Below are positions 1 through 12,659 of a stretch of 64,000 bases of DNA, in pieces. The notes under the pieces were generated by a model. It was not told where the DNA came from. It worked only from the letters and a program-made list of their open reading frames with translations, and made no database searches. The translations under genes and the position numbers were made by a program. The number at the start of each line of letters is the position of its first letter. Positions within the stretch are counted from its first letter, which is position 1. The DNA is from an uncultured delta proteobacterium. GTDB taxonomy: Bacteria; Desulfobacterota; Binatia; UBA9968. The stretch covers positions 59,508 through 123,507 of the forward strand of contig CAWJZV010000003.1 in assembly GCA_963847445.1 (NCBI GenBank), in the 5' to 3' direction.

Positions 1-775
1 TGGCGACAGCGGCGAGTGGGATGTCTGTCCGGTGCAAGTTAGCCAAGTTGCCATTGATGTCAGCGGTATCCGCGGCGAGATCCGCGCCAAGGAGCGCCGG
101 CTAAAAATCGCCTCGTCGCTGGTCGGCTCGGTGAACTTGCAAAATATTTTGGGCGCCGTTGGGGTCGGCTGCGCCCTGGGATTGAGCGACGACGTGATCG
201 CCCGCGGCATCGCGCGGTTGTCAGCCGTGCCAGGGCGGTTGGAAAAAGTCGACAACGGGCGCGGTGTCGCCGTCTTGGTCGATTACGCCCATACTCCCGA
301 TGCTCTCGAAAAAGCGCTGCAAGTGGCGCGGCAGTTGACCACCGGCAGTTTGATCGCGGTGTTCGGTTGCGGCGGCGATCGCGACCGCGGCAAGCGGCCG
401 TTGATGGGCGAAATCGCCGCGCGGCTGAGCGATTTCGCGGTGCTGACCTCCGACAATCCGCGCACCGAAGAGCCAACGGCGATACTCGCCGATGTCGAAG
501 CCGGCGTGCGCCAAGTCGGCATCGCCAAACTCGACGCCGCGCGGCTTCCCGCCGGCAAGACCGGCAAGACCGACACGGCGGAACGGCGCGGCTATTACGT
601 CGAAGCCGACCGGCGCGCGGCGATCCGCTTGGCGCTGGCGCTGGCCGGCGCCGGCGACACCGTGCTGATCGCCGGCAAGGGCCATGAGGATTATCAGATT
701 TTAGGCCAGACGAAGTTTCATTTCGACGATCGGGAGGTGGCGCGCGAAGCGATCGCAGCGCGCGCCAACGGCTAA
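1..775 (+). CDS. murE: UDP-MurNAc-tripeptide synthetase, 5' truncated by the window edge
   Basis: VPGRLE, VDYAHTPDAL, VFGCGGDRD, DNPR (meso-DAP specificity) and AGKGHEDYQ motifs; first gene of the dcw order. Confidence 0.95.
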   Translation, partial: GDSGEWDVCPVQVSQVAIDVSGIRGEIRAKERRLKIASSLVGSVNLQNILGAVGVGCALGLSDDVIARGIARLSAVPGRLEKVDNGRGVAVLVDYAHTPDALEKALQVARQLTTGSLIAVFGCGGDRDRGKRPLMGEIAARLSDFAVLTSDNPRTEEPTAILADVEAGVRQVGIAKLDAARLPAGKTGKTDTAERRGYYVEADRRAAIRLALALAGAGDTVLIAGKGHEDYQILGQTKFHFDDREVAREAIAARANG

Positions 776-786
776 GTTTGCCAGGC

Positions 787-2194
787 ATGAGATGGACTTT
801 GGCGGAAATACTCGCGGCGACCGGTGGCAAAGTTGCCAGGCCCGGTAAGCTCGCGCGCTACGGGGAGATTGTGACCGATTCCAAGCAGGTCAAAGGCAAT
901 TCGATTTTCGTCGCCCTCAAAGGCGAGCGCCACGATGCCCATCGCTTCGTCGGCGCGGCGGTGCGCCAAGGCGCCACCTGCGTCATCGTCCATCGCGCCT
1001 TGCCCAGCGCGACCGGCGGGTCGGCGACGATCGTGCGGGTCGGCGACACGCTCCGGGCGCTCGGCGATCTGGCGCATTATCGACGCGAGCGGCTGGCGCC
1101 CAAGGTGCTTGCGATTACCGGTTCCAACGGCAAAACGACGACTAAGGAAATGGTCGCGGCGATATTGGCGCAAGCCACCTTGGCCGGCCAGTCGTTACGC
1201 GGCCGGGTGCTCAAGACCGAAGGCAATTTCAATAATTTGGTTGGTTTGCCGCTGACGCTGTTACGGTTGACCAAGAGACACAAAATCGCGGTGGTCGAAC
1301 TTGGCACCAACTCATCCCGGCGAGATCCAGCGTTTAGCGGAAATCGCCGACCCGGACCTGGGCGTGATCACGACTGTGGCGGCGGCCCATTTGGCAGGTC
1401 TAAAAAACTTGTCCGGCGTGGCGCGCGAAAAGGGCGCGCTCTATCGCGCCGTGCGCCGCAGCGGCATGATCGCGGTCAATCTCGACGATCCCTGGGTGCG
1501 CCGTCTGGCAGCTAAGTTTGCCGGCAAAAAGTTAACTTACGGCAACGCCGGCCAGCTGCGCGCGCGCTCGTTACGCGTGCGCGCAGCTGGCCGGGGCATG
1601 GCGTTCGCGCTGCACTACGGCGGCCAGCAGGCGCGGATCAATTTGAATTATCTAGGCCGGCATAATGTCACCAATGCCCTCGGCGCGGCGGCGTTGACGC
1701 TTGGCGCGGGAGTCAGTTTGGCGGCGGTGCGCCGCGGTTTGGCGCAAGCCAAACCCTTCACCATGCGTATGCAGCGGGAAAGCTGGCGCGGCATCGGCAT
1801 TATCAACGATAGCTACAACGCTAACCCCGGTTCCATGCAAGCGGCGCTGGAAACCCTGGCGCTGATCGGCAACCGGGGTAAAAAAATCGCCGTGTTGGGC
1901 GACATGTTCGAGCTCGGCAAGCAGAGCGCCAAAGAGCATCGCCAACTGGGCCGGGTCGCCGCCCAAGCGCGGATCGATCGACTTTATTTGCTCGGCGACC
2001 AAGCCGGCGCAGTGCGTTACGGCGCGCTGCGCGCCGGCATGAAAGCGCACCAGGTGACCATCGGCGCCGATCACGGCGATTTGGCCAACCGCTTGCGCCA
2101 ACAGGTCGGGCGCGGCGATTGGCTTTTGGTCAAAGGATCGCGCGGCATGAAAATGGAAAAGGTTTTGCAAGCGCTCAAGAGCGTGACGGTCTAG
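787..2194 (+). CDS. murF: UDP-MurNAc-pentapeptide synthetase; one frameshift near 1310
   Basis: ITGSNGKTTTKEM, GNFNNLVGLP, then HPGEI, INDSYNANP, LGDMFELG, VKGSRGMKME across ORFs 778-1515 and 1301-2194. Confidence 0.93.
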
Positions 2195-2203
2195 GAGTAT
2201 CGC

Positions 2204-3280
2204 GTGCTTTATCATTTGTTCACCTCGCTCTCGACCAGCTACTCCGGCTTCAATGTCTTTCGCTACATTACCTTTCGCGCGGCGATGGCGGCGTTATTGT
2301 CCCTGCTGATTTCGTTTCTGCTCGGCCCCTGGTTAATCCGCGTGCTCACCGAAAGACAGATCGGTCAACAGATTCGTGATGACGGTCCGGCGTCCCATGC
2401 GGTCAAGGCGGGCACGCCGACCATGGGCGGCGCGCTGATTATCCTAGCCTTGCTGTTCTCGACCGTTATGCTGGCAGATATCACCAATCGCTATGTGCTG
2501 TTGGCCTTGGTCGCCACGCTGGGCAGCGGGGCGGTCGGTTTCGTCGACGATTATTTGAAGCTCACGGGCAAAAACAGCAAGGGACTGGCGCCGCGGACCA
2601 AGCTCCTGGGCCAGCTCGCGGTCGCCCTCGTGGTCGCCGTGGCGCTGTACTATCAACCGAAATTCAGTACCGAGATCGCCTTTCCGTTTATCAAGACGCT
2701 GCGGGTCAATCTCGACGTTTTCTACATTCCGTTCGCCATGCTGGTGATCGTCGGCGCCTCCAACGCGGTCAACCTCACCGATGGTCTCGACGGCCTGGCG
2801 ATCGGCCCGGTGATGGTCGCCGCGGCGGCTTACGCCGTGGTGGCTTATGCCACCGGCCATCTCAAGTTTGCCGAGTATTTGCAGATCCCCTATGTCGCCG
2901 GTGTCGGCGAGCTGACGGTGTTTTGCGCCGCGATGGTCGCGGCGGGATTGGGATTTCTTTGGTACAACGCCTATCCGGCGCAGATGTTCATGGGCGATGT
3001 CGGTTCGCTGGCCCTCGGCGCTGCCCTCGGCATCGTCGCGGTGCTGACCAAGAACGAATTTCTCTTGGTGATCATCGGCGGCGTCTTCGTCATGGAAGCG
3101 CTGTCGGTGATTTTCCAGGTGGCGTCCTACAAGATCCGCCGCAAGCGGGTTTTCTTGATGGCGCCGATTCACCATCACTACGAACTCAAGGGCTGGAAAG
3201 AGCCGCAGATTATCGTGCGCTTCTGGATCCTGTCGATCATTTTTGCGGTCATCGGTTTGAGCACCTTGAAACTCAGATAA
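2204..3280 (+). CDS. mraY: Phospho-MurNAc-pentapeptide translocase
   Basis: [36 protein letters not shown] motifs; intact 358 aa. Confidence 0.98.
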   Translation: MLYHLFTSLSTSYSGFNVFRYITFRAAMAALLSLLISFLLGPWLIRVLTERQIGQQIRDDGPASHAVKAGTPTMGGALIILALLFSTVMLADITNRYVLLALVATLGSGAVGFVDDYLKLTGKNSKGLAPRTKLLGQLAVALVVAVALYYQPKFSTEIAFPFIKTLRVNLDVFYIPFAMLVIVGASNAVNLTDGLDGLAIGPVMVAAAAYAVVAYATGHLKFAEYLQIPYVAGVGELTVFCAAMVAAGLGFLWYNAYPAQMFMGDVGSLALGAALGIVAVLTKNEFLLVIIGGVFVMEALSVIFQVASYKIRRKRVFLMAPIHHHYELKGWKEPQIIVRFWILSIIFAVIGLSTLKLR

Positions 3281-3295
3281 CGGCGACGATGTTTA

Positions 3296-4634
3296 ATGGA
3301 GCTCAAAGCAAAAAAGTTATTGGTCATCGGTCTGGCGCGCACCGGACGGGAATGCGCGCGCTTTCTCGCCCAACAGGGGGCCAAGGTGTGGATTAGCGAC
3401 CTGCGCGGACAAGACGATCTGCGCGGTGAAATGGCCGCGCTCAGCGATCTTTCGCTAACCTATCGGTTGGGCGGCGAGGAAAAAAGTTGGCTCGACGGCA
3501 TGGATTACGTGGTGCCCAGTCCTGGTGTGCCGATGGAAAATCTTCTGCTGCGCGAAGCGCTGGCGCGAAAGATTCCGGTGTTGAGCGAAATCGAGCTGGC
3601 CTATCGCTATTTCGCCGCGCCGCTGGTGGCGATCACCGGCACCAACGGCAAGAGCACGACGACGACCTTGATCGGCAAGATGCTCCAGGCCGACGGCAAG
3701 AAAGTTTTTCTCGGCGGCAACCTGGGCGCGCCATTTATCGGCGCGGTGACGGGCTCCTGGGATTGGGGCGTGATCGAGATCAGCAGCTTTCAGTTGGAGT
3801 GGGTCGACGAGTTTCGCCCGCGCATCGCGCTCTTGCTCAACCTCACCGAGGATCACTTGGACCGCTACGCCAGTTTCGCTGACTACTGCCAAGCCAAGCA
3901 GCGCATCTTCGCGGCGCAGCAACGCGCCGACGTGGCGATCCTCAACCGCGACGATCCGCTGGTATGGGCAGCTGCGCGAGCGCATTGCCGCACAAGTGGT
4001 CTCCTTCGGCTTTGGCGAAGTCGCCGAAGGCTGTGTTCGCGACGCCAACGCGAGATCGTTTGGCGCGACGGCGCCGTCGAGGAGCGCTTCTCGTTAGCCA
4101 GGGCGAAGATCCAGGGCGTGCATAACGTGGAAAATATCATGGCCGCCATCGCGGCCGCCAAGTGCGCTGGTGTCTCGCGCCGAGCGATACGAACAAGCGC
4201 TCGAAGAGTTCCCCGGCCTCGAACACCGTCTTGAATTCGTCCGCGAGAAAGACGGTGTTCGCTACTACAACGATTCCAAGGGCACCAACGTCGGCGCGGT
4301 GGTCAAGTCGCTGGCGAGCTTTTCCGGACCGGTGATCTTGCTCGCCGGCGGCGTCGACAAGGGCGGCGACTATGCGCCGCTGGCGGCGGGTGTTAAGAAC
4401 CAAGTCCGCCGCTTGGTGTTGTTCGGCGCGGCCAAACAGACCATCGCCGCCGCCTTGGGCCAACTGACGACGACTGTGCTGGTCAACGATATCGCCGCGG
4501 CGGTGGGCGATGCCGTCGCTCACGCTCAGCCGGGAGATGTGGTGTTGCTGTCGCCGGCCTGTTCGAGTTTCGATCAATTTCGCAATTACGCCGAACGCGG
4601 CAAGAGCTTCAAGAACTTGGTGCAGGCCCTATGA
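3296..4634 (+). CDS. murD: UDP-MurNAc-L-Ala:D-Glu ligase; several frameshifts at about 3970-4190
   Basis: VPSPGVP, ITGTNGKSTT, EISSFQLE, DHLDRY; C-terminal LEHRLE, NDSKGTN, LLSPACSSFDQF. Confidence 0.94.
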
Positions 4635-5725
4635 GAGATGCATTGGCCGTCGATAAATGGATTCTGCTGGCGGTCATCGGCCTGGTCGCCATGGGCGTGA
4701 TCATGGTGCTGAGCACCAGTTATCTCTATTCCCAAGAGCGTTACGCCGACGGCACGTTCTTTTTTCGCAAACAATTGTTCGCCATGGGCGCCGGCGTGGT
4801 CGCGTTGATCGTCTGTTCGCTGATCCCGTCGCATCAATACCGCCGCTTCGCCTATCCGTTGTTGGCGCTGACCCTGGTGTTTCTAATTCTCGTGCTGATT
4901 CCCGGTATCGGCGCCAGTCGCGGCGGCGCGCGCCGCTGGATTGCGCTTGCCGGCTTTGCCTTTCAACCGTCGGAGTTGGCCAAGTTGGCGGTCGTCGTCT
5001 ATCTCGCCCATTCCATCGCCAAGAAAGAACCGCTGATCGGCTCCTTCTCCATCGGCGTCTTGCCGCACATGATCGTGACCGGCTTGTTCGCCGGCGTGCT
5101 CCTACTCGAACCCGACTTCGGCAGCGCCTTGATCCTGGCCATGCTGCTCTACTCGATGTTGTTCATCGGCGGAGTGCGGGTGCACCATCTGCTCGGCACC
5201 GGCCTGTTAGCCTTGCCTTTGCTGATTTATGTCATGACCCAAGCGGACTACCGGATGCGCCGCTTGACCTGTTTTTTAGACCCGTGGAGCGATGCGGCGG
5301 GCTGCGGCTTTCACGTCATTCAATCGTTGATCGCTTTCGGGTCCGGACAGTTGTGGGGGCGCGGCTTGGGCGAGAGCCGGCAGAAGTTATTTTATCTCCC
5401 CGAAGCGCACACCGATTTCGTTTACTCGGTGATCGGCGAGGAGTTAGGGCTGCTCGGTGCGTTGGCGGTGTTGGCGCTGTTCGGCGTGATTATTTTGCGC
5501 GGCCTGCGGCTGACCTCGCGCATCGAGGAGCCATTCGATCAGTATTTGGCTTTCGGCTTGACGGTGCTCTTGGGACTCCAGGCGTTGATTCACATGGGTG
5601 TGGTGATGGGGCTCATGCCGACCAAGGGACTGGTGCTGCCGTTCATCAGTTACGGCGGCTCGGCCATGCTGATCAATCTGGCGGAGGCGGGCATCTTGCT
5701 CAGCCTGTCGCGCCGGAGAGTTTAG
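4631..5725 (+). CDS. ftsW: SEDS peptidoglycan glycosyltransferase
   Basis: GARRW, FQPSELAK, LPEAHTDF, PTKGLVLPFISYGGS. Confidence 0.96.
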   Translation: MRDALAVDKWILLAVIGLVAMGVIMVLSTSYLYSQERYADGTFFFRKQLFAMGAGVVALIVCSLIPSHQYRRFAYPLLALTLVFLILVLIPGIGASRGGARRWIALAGFAFQPSELAKLAVVVYLAHSIAKKEPLIGSFSIGVLPHMIVTGLFAGVLLLEPDFGSALILAMLLYSMLFIGGVRVHHLLGTGLLALPLLIYVMTQADYRMRRLTCFLDPWSDAAGCGFHVIQSLIAFGSGQLWGRGLGESRQKLFYLPEAHTDFVYSVIGEELGLLGALAVLALFGVIILRGLRLTSRIEEPFDQYLAFGLTVLLGLQALIHMGVVMGLMPTKGLVLPFISYGGSAMLINLAEAGILLSLSRRRV

Positions 5726-5726
5726 C

Positions 5727-6795
5727 ATGCGGGTAATTTTCGCCGGCGGCGGAACCGGCGGCCACCTGTTTCCCGGTCTGGCGGTGGCGCGGGAGTTTCA
5801 GCGCCGCGATGGCCAGACGGAAATAGTTTTTATCGGCACCGAGCAGGGCATCGAATTTCGCGTGTTACCGAAGGAAGGATTCAAACTGGAAACGCTCACG
5901 GTCAAAGGGATAAAGGGGCGCGGTATCCGCGGCATTCTTGACGCGCTCTACGGCGTGCCGGCGGCGCTGTTGCGTTCGCTGGCGATCCTGCGCGCCTTTC
6001 GCCCGGACTGCGTGATTGGGCTCGGCGGTTATGCGTCCGGGCCGGTGTTGCTGGCGGCCCAAGCTCAAACGCATTCGCTGCGCCATCATGGAGCAGAATC
6101 TGCGGCCGGGTTTCACCAATAAGCTGCTCGCCCGCTGGGTCGATCGAGTCTTTACCGCCTACCGTGAGAGCGCCGAGTATTTTCCCGGCGCGCGGGTGAT
6201 CGAGACTGGCAACCCGGTGCGCTGGACTCATGTGCCGCAGGTTAAGCGCAGCGATAAATTCACGCTGCTGATTTTCGGCGGCAGCGCCGGCGCCCGGCGG
6301 ATCAATTATGCCGTCGTCGACGCATTGAAATTACTCGGCGATCTTAAAAGCGCCATCGCCGTCACGCATCAAACCGGACCGTTGGATTACGACGCGATCA
6401 AACAAGCTTACGGCGCGCTGCCATTCGAAGCGGCGGTAACGCCGTTTATCGAGCGCATGGACGAAGCCTATGCCGGCGCCGACTTGGTGCTGTGCCGCGC
6501 CGGGGCGATGACCATCGCCGAGTTGACGGTATTCGGCAAGGCGGCGATTTTGGTGCCTTATCCGTATGCCATTTACGATCACCAGCGCGCTAACGCCGAG
6601 TCGCTGCAAGAGCGCGGCGCGGCGGAAATGATTTTGGATCGCGATTTCACCGGCGATGTCTTGGCCGCGCGGATTCGCGGCTATTTCGCCGATCGGGCGC
6701 GGCTTGAGCGCATGGCGGCGGCGGCGCGCGCCTTGGGCCGGCCAGATGCCGCGGCGCGGATTGTCGATGCCTGTTACGGCTTGGCGCAGGCATAG
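5727..6795 (+). CDS. murG: Lipid II GlcNAc transferase; frameshift near 6060
   Basis: GGGTGGHLFP, GLGGYASGP, EQN, GNPVR, FGGSAGA, CRAGAMT. Confidence 0.95.
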
Positions 6796-6819
6796 ATTGG
6801 TAATGGTCGCGAAAGTTTC

Positions 6820-8206
6820 ATGTTGCAGAAGAAACATAAAATTCACTTCGTCGGCATTGGCGGCATCGGCATGAGCGGCATCGCCGAAGTGTTGCTCAAC
6901 TCGGGCTATGCGGTGAGCGGCTCGGACTTGCAGGCCAGCGAGGCGACGCGGCGTCTGAGTTCTCTCGGTGCACAGATTTTTGTCGGCCATCAGGAAGAAA
7001 ATATTGCCGGCAAGCCGTCGGTGGTGGTGATCTCGACGGCGGTAAAATATGCCAATCCGGAAGTCTTGGAAGCGCGCCGGCGCCATATCCCGGTGATTCC
7101 GCGCGCCGAAATGCTGGCCGAGCTGATGCGCATGAAGTTCGGCGTCGCCGTGGCCGGCAGCCACGGCAAGACCACTACCACGTCGATGGTTTCGGCGGTG
7201 CTGAGCGCCGCCGGCTTGGACCCGACCATGGTGATCGGCGGCCGGCTGCATATGCTCGGCAGCAACGCCAAGTTGGGCGCGGGCGATATCATGGTTGCCG
7301 AGGCCGACGAAAGCGACGGCAGTTTTCTGTTGCTGGCGCCGACCATCGCGGTGGTGACCAATATCGACAAAGAGCACATGGATTTTCACGGCACCATGGA
7401 GCGGTTGAGTGAAAACTTTCTCGCCTTCATCAACAAAGTGCCGTTCTACGGGGTCGCGGTGTTGTGCAGCGACGATGCCCATGTGCGCGCTCTGTTGCCC
7501 AAGGTGCGCAAGCGTTTCACGACCTATGGCCTGTCGCCGGAAGCGGAGTTCTCCGCCGAGGATTTGACCATGAGTCCCGCCGGCGTCGACCTTCACCGCG
7601 CTCCATCGCGGCAAGTCACTGGGCAAAGTGCGTCTGCGCTCGCCGGGGAAACATAGCGCGACCAATTCGCTGGCCGCGATTGCGGTGGCCCATGAACTGG
7701 AAGTGCCGTTCGCCCATGTCGCCCAGGCCTTCGAAGCCTTCAGCGGTATTCATCGCCGTTTTGAAATAATCGGCGAGCCCAACGGCGTGATGGTGATCGA
7801 CGATTATGGCCATCACCCGTCAGAGATTCGCGCCACCATCGGCGCCATTCGCGACAGTTGGAAGCGGCCGTTGACGGTAATTTTCCAGCCGCACCGCTAT
7901 ACCCGCACACGCGATCTATTCGACGAGTTCTTGACCGCTTTCGAAGGCGCGGACCGGCTGGTGCTGACGGAAATTTATGGCGCCGGCGAAGATCCGATCA
8001 CCGGCGCCACCGGCGAGGCGTTATACCAGGCGCTCAAACGCCAGGGTCATTTAGAGGTCGAGTATGTCGCCGACAAAAGCCAAATCGTCGCGCACCTCGC
8101 CGGCCGGCTGCAGGCCGGCGATATGGCGCTGACCTTGGGCGCCGGCGATATTTACAAAGTCGGCGAAGCCCTGGTTGAGGCGCTGAAGAGAGAGGGAATG
8201 GAGTAA
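6820..8206 (+). CDS. murC: UDP-MurNAc:L-Ala ligase; frameshift near 7590-7620
   Basis: [48 protein letters not shown]. Confidence 0.96.
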
Positions 8207-8284
8207 TGGAGTGTTGGAGTACTGGAGTATTGGGGGGATGCGGGGCGGCCCATCACTCCATCACTCCATTACTCCATTACTCCA
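8198..8284. repeat. Inverted arrays of 8-bp units (nTGGAGTr x4-5 / CATyACTC x4)
   Basis: atggagta atggagtg ttggagta ctggagta ... catcactc catcactc cattactc cattactc; overlaps the murC stop; same family at 23757-23841. Confidence 0.85.
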
Positions 8285-8312
8285 GCACACCGGTTCGGCT
8301 GTGATGTTTGCG

Positions 8313-9251
8313 ATGGCAAAGATAATTAACCATCAGCCGCTGGCGGCCGACCTCGCGGCCCTTGCCGGCGTGCGGCTTAGGCTCGATGAGCCGCTGGCGC
8401 GCTATACCTCGATGAAGATCGGCGGGCCGGCGGATTATTTTATCGAAGCCGACAATGGCGCGGCGCTGGCCGCAGTGCTCATCGCGCTGCGCCGCCATCG
8501 GCTGCCGTTATGTCTCTTGGGCAATGGCAGCAATGTCCTGATCAGCGACCGCGGCGTGCGCGGCGCGGTGATTCATTTAACCGGTGAGTTCAAAAAGATC
8601 GAATGGCGCGAGGTTGGCGACAATATCGAAGTCGAAGTTGGCGCGGCCTACGCCGTCACCCAGCTGGTGCGCCAGGCGGCGCGCAAGGGATACGCCGGAC
8701 TGGAATTCGCCGAGGGGATTCCCGGCAGCGTCGGCGGCGCGCTGGTGATGAACGCGGGAGCCTACGGTTCCGAGATCGAAAAAGTCGTCGAGCGCGTTGA
8801 CGCGATCGATCGTGACGGCCAAGCGCTGGTTTTCTCCCGCGAGCAGATGACGTTCAGTTATCGCGATTCGCATCTACCCGCGGGCACGGTGGTGACGGCC
8901 GTAGTGCTACGGTTGCGCCGGGGTGAAGCGGCACAGGTGAATGCCAAATTGCGCGAACTGGTGGGCAAACGGAAAAGCAGCCAGCCGTCGGGATTCCCCA
9001 ACTCAGGGTCGATGTTTCGCAATCCGCCGGGGGATTTCGCCGGCCGATTGATCGAAGCCAGCGGTTTGAAGGGCCAGCGGAACGGCCAGGCGCAGATCGC
9101 CGAGCGCCATGCCAACTTCATCGTCAACCTCGGCGGCGCCAAAGCCACCGAGGTGCGCCAGTTGATGGAGCTGGCCCAGAGCGAGGTGCGCCGCCGTTTC
9201 AATATTAATTTGATCGCTGAAGTGAAGTATCTCGGCGAGTGGTCGGATTAG
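8313..9251 (+). CDS. murB: UDP-N-acetylenolpyruvoylglucosamine reductase
   Basis: IGGPAD, LGNGSNVL, GIPGSVGGALVMNAGAYG, FSYRDS, SGSMFRNP, HANFIVN; start chosen downstream of the repeat. Confidence 0.95.
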   Translation: MAKIINHQPLAADLAALAGVRLRLDEPLARYTSMKIGGPADYFIEADNGAALAAVLIALRRHRLPLCLLGNGSNVLISDRGVRGAVIHLTGEFKKIEWREVGDNIEVEVGAAYAVTQLVRQAARKGYAGLEFAEGIPGSVGGALVMNAGAYGSEIEKVVERVDAIDRDGQALVFSREQMTFSYRDSHLPAGTVVTAVVLRLRRGEAAQVNAKLRELVGKRKSSQPSGFPNSGSMFRNPPGDFAGRLIEASGLKGQRNGQAQIAERHANFIVNLGGAKATEVRQLMELAQSEVRRRFNINLIAEVKYLGEWSD

Positions 9252-9261
9252 TCGAAGCTCT

Positions 9262-10079
9262 ATGCAATTGAAAGTTCACCGCAGAGACAATCGCAAGCGC
9301 GATCAGCAGCGTGGCCGGCGCCGCTGGTTGATCGCCGGCATGGTGGCATTGCTGCTGATTGCCGGCAGCGCTGCTCTATCGTCTCAGCGGCCCGCTGGCC
9401 ATTGCCGCGCGCTCGACGCGGGATTTTTTCGCCGACAACCGCTATTTCGCCGTGCGCCAGATCGAGGTCCATGGCGGCGACAAAGTCGGCGGCGACGAGA
9501 TCGTCGCCATCGCCGGACTGCGCCAAGGGATGAATATCTGGAACGTCGACGCGGTCGCCATCGAGAAGAAAATCGCCAAACACCCTTGGGTGCGCCGGGT
9601 GTTGGTGCGCCGCGATTTCCCGCGCCGGGTGGTTATTGACGTCGAGGAGCGCACGACCGAAAGCGATCGTCGGCGCCGGCAAGCTTTACTACATCGACGC
9701 CGACGCCGTGGTGTTCAAGGAAGTCGCCTCGGGTGAGAGCATCAAGTATCCCATGCTCACCGGTGTCTGTGCCGAAGGGCTGATGCGCGGCGATCCGGCG
9801 GCGCGCCAGCGCATCCGCGACGCCATACGCTTGACCGATTTGATGGCGCAGCGCTCGCATACGCTGTCGGAGATTCACTTCGAAGCGCCGGACCGGCTGG
9901 TGGTGTATCCGACGAAATTTCCGGTGGCGTGGCGCCTGGGTTGGGGCGACTGGGAGGAGAAGCTCGCCCGCTTGGACCGTTTGCTGGAATTATGGAAGGG
10001 CAACGAGGAGCGGTTGGCGTCTTTGGATATGAGTTTTCGCGATCAAGTGGTGGCGCGTTTGCGCGGTAAAAAGGAGTAG
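9262..10079 (+). CDS. ftsQ: Cell division protein FtsQ; two frameshifts
   Basis: Basic N-terminus and TM helix, POTRA domain (VRQIEVHG...HPWVRRVLVRRDFP), C-terminal LDMSFRDQVV; position before ftsA. Confidence 0.85.
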
Positions 10080-10120
10080 AGGCGCCGGCGGGATCAACTA
10101 GCACTGGCAGATCGAAGGAT

Positions 10121-11349
10121 ATGGCGAAGAAAAATACCATAGTTGTTGGCTTGGATATCGGCACGTCAAAAGTTTGCGCCGTGGTCGGCGAGATGACCGA
10201 GCGCGGCGTCGACATCATCGGCGTCGGCACCCACGCGTCGGCAGGCCTGCGCAAGGGCGTCGTCATCAACATCGAAAGCACCGTGAGCTCGATCAAGCGC
10301 GCGGTGCAGGAAGCGGCGTTGATGGCCGGCTGCGAGATTCACACGGTGTTCGCGACCATCTCCGGCGGCCATATCAAATCGTTCAATAGCCACGGCATCG
10401 TCGCGGTGAAGAACAAAGAGGTCGACCCAGCGCGATCTCGACCGGGTGATCGACGCCGCCAAGGCGGTGGCGATCCCGCTGGACCGCGAAGTGCTGCATG
10501 TCTTGCCCCAGGACTACATCATCGACGAGCAGGACGGCATTAAAGAACCGTTGGGCATGTCCGGCGTCCGCTTGGAAGCTAAAGTCCATGTGGTGACCGG
10601 CGCGGTGACCTCGGTGCAGAACATCGTCAAGTGCTGCAATCGCAGCGGCCTCAATGTCGCCGAGATCGTGCTCACGCCGCTGGCCGCCGCCGAAGCGGTG
10701 CTCACCGACGAAGAGCGCGAGTTGGGCGTGGTTCTCGTCGATATGGGCGGCGGCACCACCGATATCACGGTATTTCATGACGGCACGGTGAAGCATACGG
10801 CGGTGCTCAGCATCGGCGGCAATCATGTGACCAACGATATCGCCGCCGGTTTGCGCACGCCGTTTGGCGACGCCGAGCGCATCAAGCAACGTTATGGCTT
10901 CGCCAAAGCGGCGATGGCGATGGATCAGGAACGGGTCGAGGTGCCGAGCATCGCCGGCAAAGAGGCGGGAACGGTGTCGCGGCAAATTCTCTGTGAAATC
11001 ATCGAGCCGCGCTTGGACGAGATCTTCGAATTGGTCCAGAAAGAAATCGCCAAGTCCGGCTTTCGACGGCTCCTTGGCCTCGGGCATCGTCGCCACCGGC
11101 GGTGCCATGCTACTGCCCGGCGCCGTCGAGATGGCCGTGCGCTCCTTCGGTTTGCCGGTGCGCTTGGGTGTGCCGATGCAGGTCGGCGGTTTGGTCGATG
11201 TCGTCGATAATCCGATTCACGCCGCCGCTGTCGGGCTGGTGCTCCATGGCATGAAGGGCCAGGAGCGCGGCGTGGCGCGGCCGCGGGACGACAAGATGCT
11301 CGCCAAGGTGAAGCACCGCATGTCGGATTGGCTCAGTGAGTTTTTTTAA
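10121..11349 (+). CDS. ftsA: Cell division protein FtsA; two frameshifts
   Basis: [29 protein letters not shown]-terminal amphipathic helix MSDWLSEFF. Confidence 0.96.
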
Positions 11350-11390
11350 ACGGGGATAAAATTTTCAAGTTTAGTGGAGGAGGACAGAAC

Positions 11391-12627
11391 ATGTTTGAAA
11401 TAGTCGAAAAGCAAAATAGCCTGACCGCGCGCATCAAGGTTATCGGTATCGGTGGCGGCGGCGGCAACGCGGTCAACACCATGATCGGCGCCAAACTCAC
11501 CGGCGTCGATTTCATGGTCGCGAATACCGACGCGCAGTCCTTGGAAGCGAGCCAAGCGCCGATGCGGATCCAACTGGGCGGCTTGGTGACCAAGGGGTTA
11601 GGCGCGGGCGCCAATCCCGGAGATCGGCCGGCGCGCGGCGTTGGAGGATCAAGAACAGATCAGGGAGTATATGGAAGGCTCCGACATGATTTTTATTACC
11701 GCCGGCATGGGCGGCGGCACCGGCACCGGCGGCGCGCCGGTGTTGGCGCGGATCGCCCGTGAAGTCGGCGCGCTGACCGTCGGCGTGGTGACCAAGCCTT
11801 TCATCTTCGAGGGCAAAAAACGCCAGCGCCAGGCGGAAGAGGGCATCGAAGAGTTGAAACAAAGCGTCGACACCTTGATCGTGATTCCGAACCAGCGCTT
11901 GCTCAGCATCGCGGCCAAGACCACGACCATGATCGAGGCGTTTCACAAGGCCGACGATGTCTTGCTCCAAGCGGTGCGCGGCATCTCGGATTTGATCATT
12001 ACCCCGGGCTTGATCAATCTTGACTTCGCCGATGTGCGCACGGTGATGGCGGAGATGGGCTTAGCGCTCATGGGCGCGGCGTCGGCGAGCGGTGAGAACC
12101 GCGCCATCGAAGCGGCGCAAAAGGCGATCTCCAGCCCGTTGCTCGAAGATATCTCGATCCAGGGCGCGCGCGGCGTGTTGATCAACATCACCGGCGGACC
12201 CAATCTCTGCCTGCACGAAGTCAACGAAGCGGCATCGATGATTCAAGAAGAAGCCCATGACGATGCCAATATTATTTTCGGCGCGGTGATCGATGAAACC
12301 ATGGCCGACGAGATTCGCATCACCGTGATCGCCACCGGTTTCGGCGAAGAAAAAGACGGTCATGAAAACGGCGCCGGTGCAAGTCCAGGCGCCCGCGGCG
12401 GCCAGTGTCGCCAACATCGCCAGCGTCGGCGCCGAAAAACAAGAAGGTGGTTCACCTTGGTACCATCGTCGACGATCTCGACGCGCCGACCTGGCAACGC
12501 AAGAAGTCGGGCAGCGAAGATGTCGAGACCGTGACGCTCAACAAGAACAATTTTCCAGTCGAGCGCCAACCAGGAAGACGACGATAAGTACGATATCCCG
12601 ACGTTCCTAAGACGGCAGATGGATTAG
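11391..12627 (+). CDS. ftsZ: Cell division protein FtsZ; frameshifts near 11615, 12360 and 12560
   Basis: [21 protein letters not shown] tubulin signature, INLDFADV; C-terminal core peptide [11 protein letters not shown] read at about 12590-12627. Confidence 0.97.
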
Positions 12628-12659
12628 CCCTCTGTTAACATCGATCCTCCTCCGGTGTG

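Noticed and set aside
6331-7665. Long antisense or alternate-frame ORFs (for example 6331-7665, 4657-5736, 40695-41777, 45845-46921, 58051-59148)
   Set aside because: Shadow ORFs of well-supported genes in high-GC DNA, with no recognisable motifs.
8211-8312. N-terminal extensions of MurB, PanC and PaaF, and C-terminal extensions of NagZ and the aldolase, in the ORF track
   Set aside because: They translate intergenic repeats (for example LHHSITPLL, FAPFAFFAA) or result from indels.
787-12627. Frameshifts in murF, murD, murG, murC, ftsQ, ftsA and ftsZ (also panC, rnr, nfo, nagZ and others) as pseudogenes or programmed frameshifting
   Set aside because: They hit essential genes throughout the window, the motifs on both sides are intact and there is no shared slippery motif; sequencing or assembly indels explain them best.
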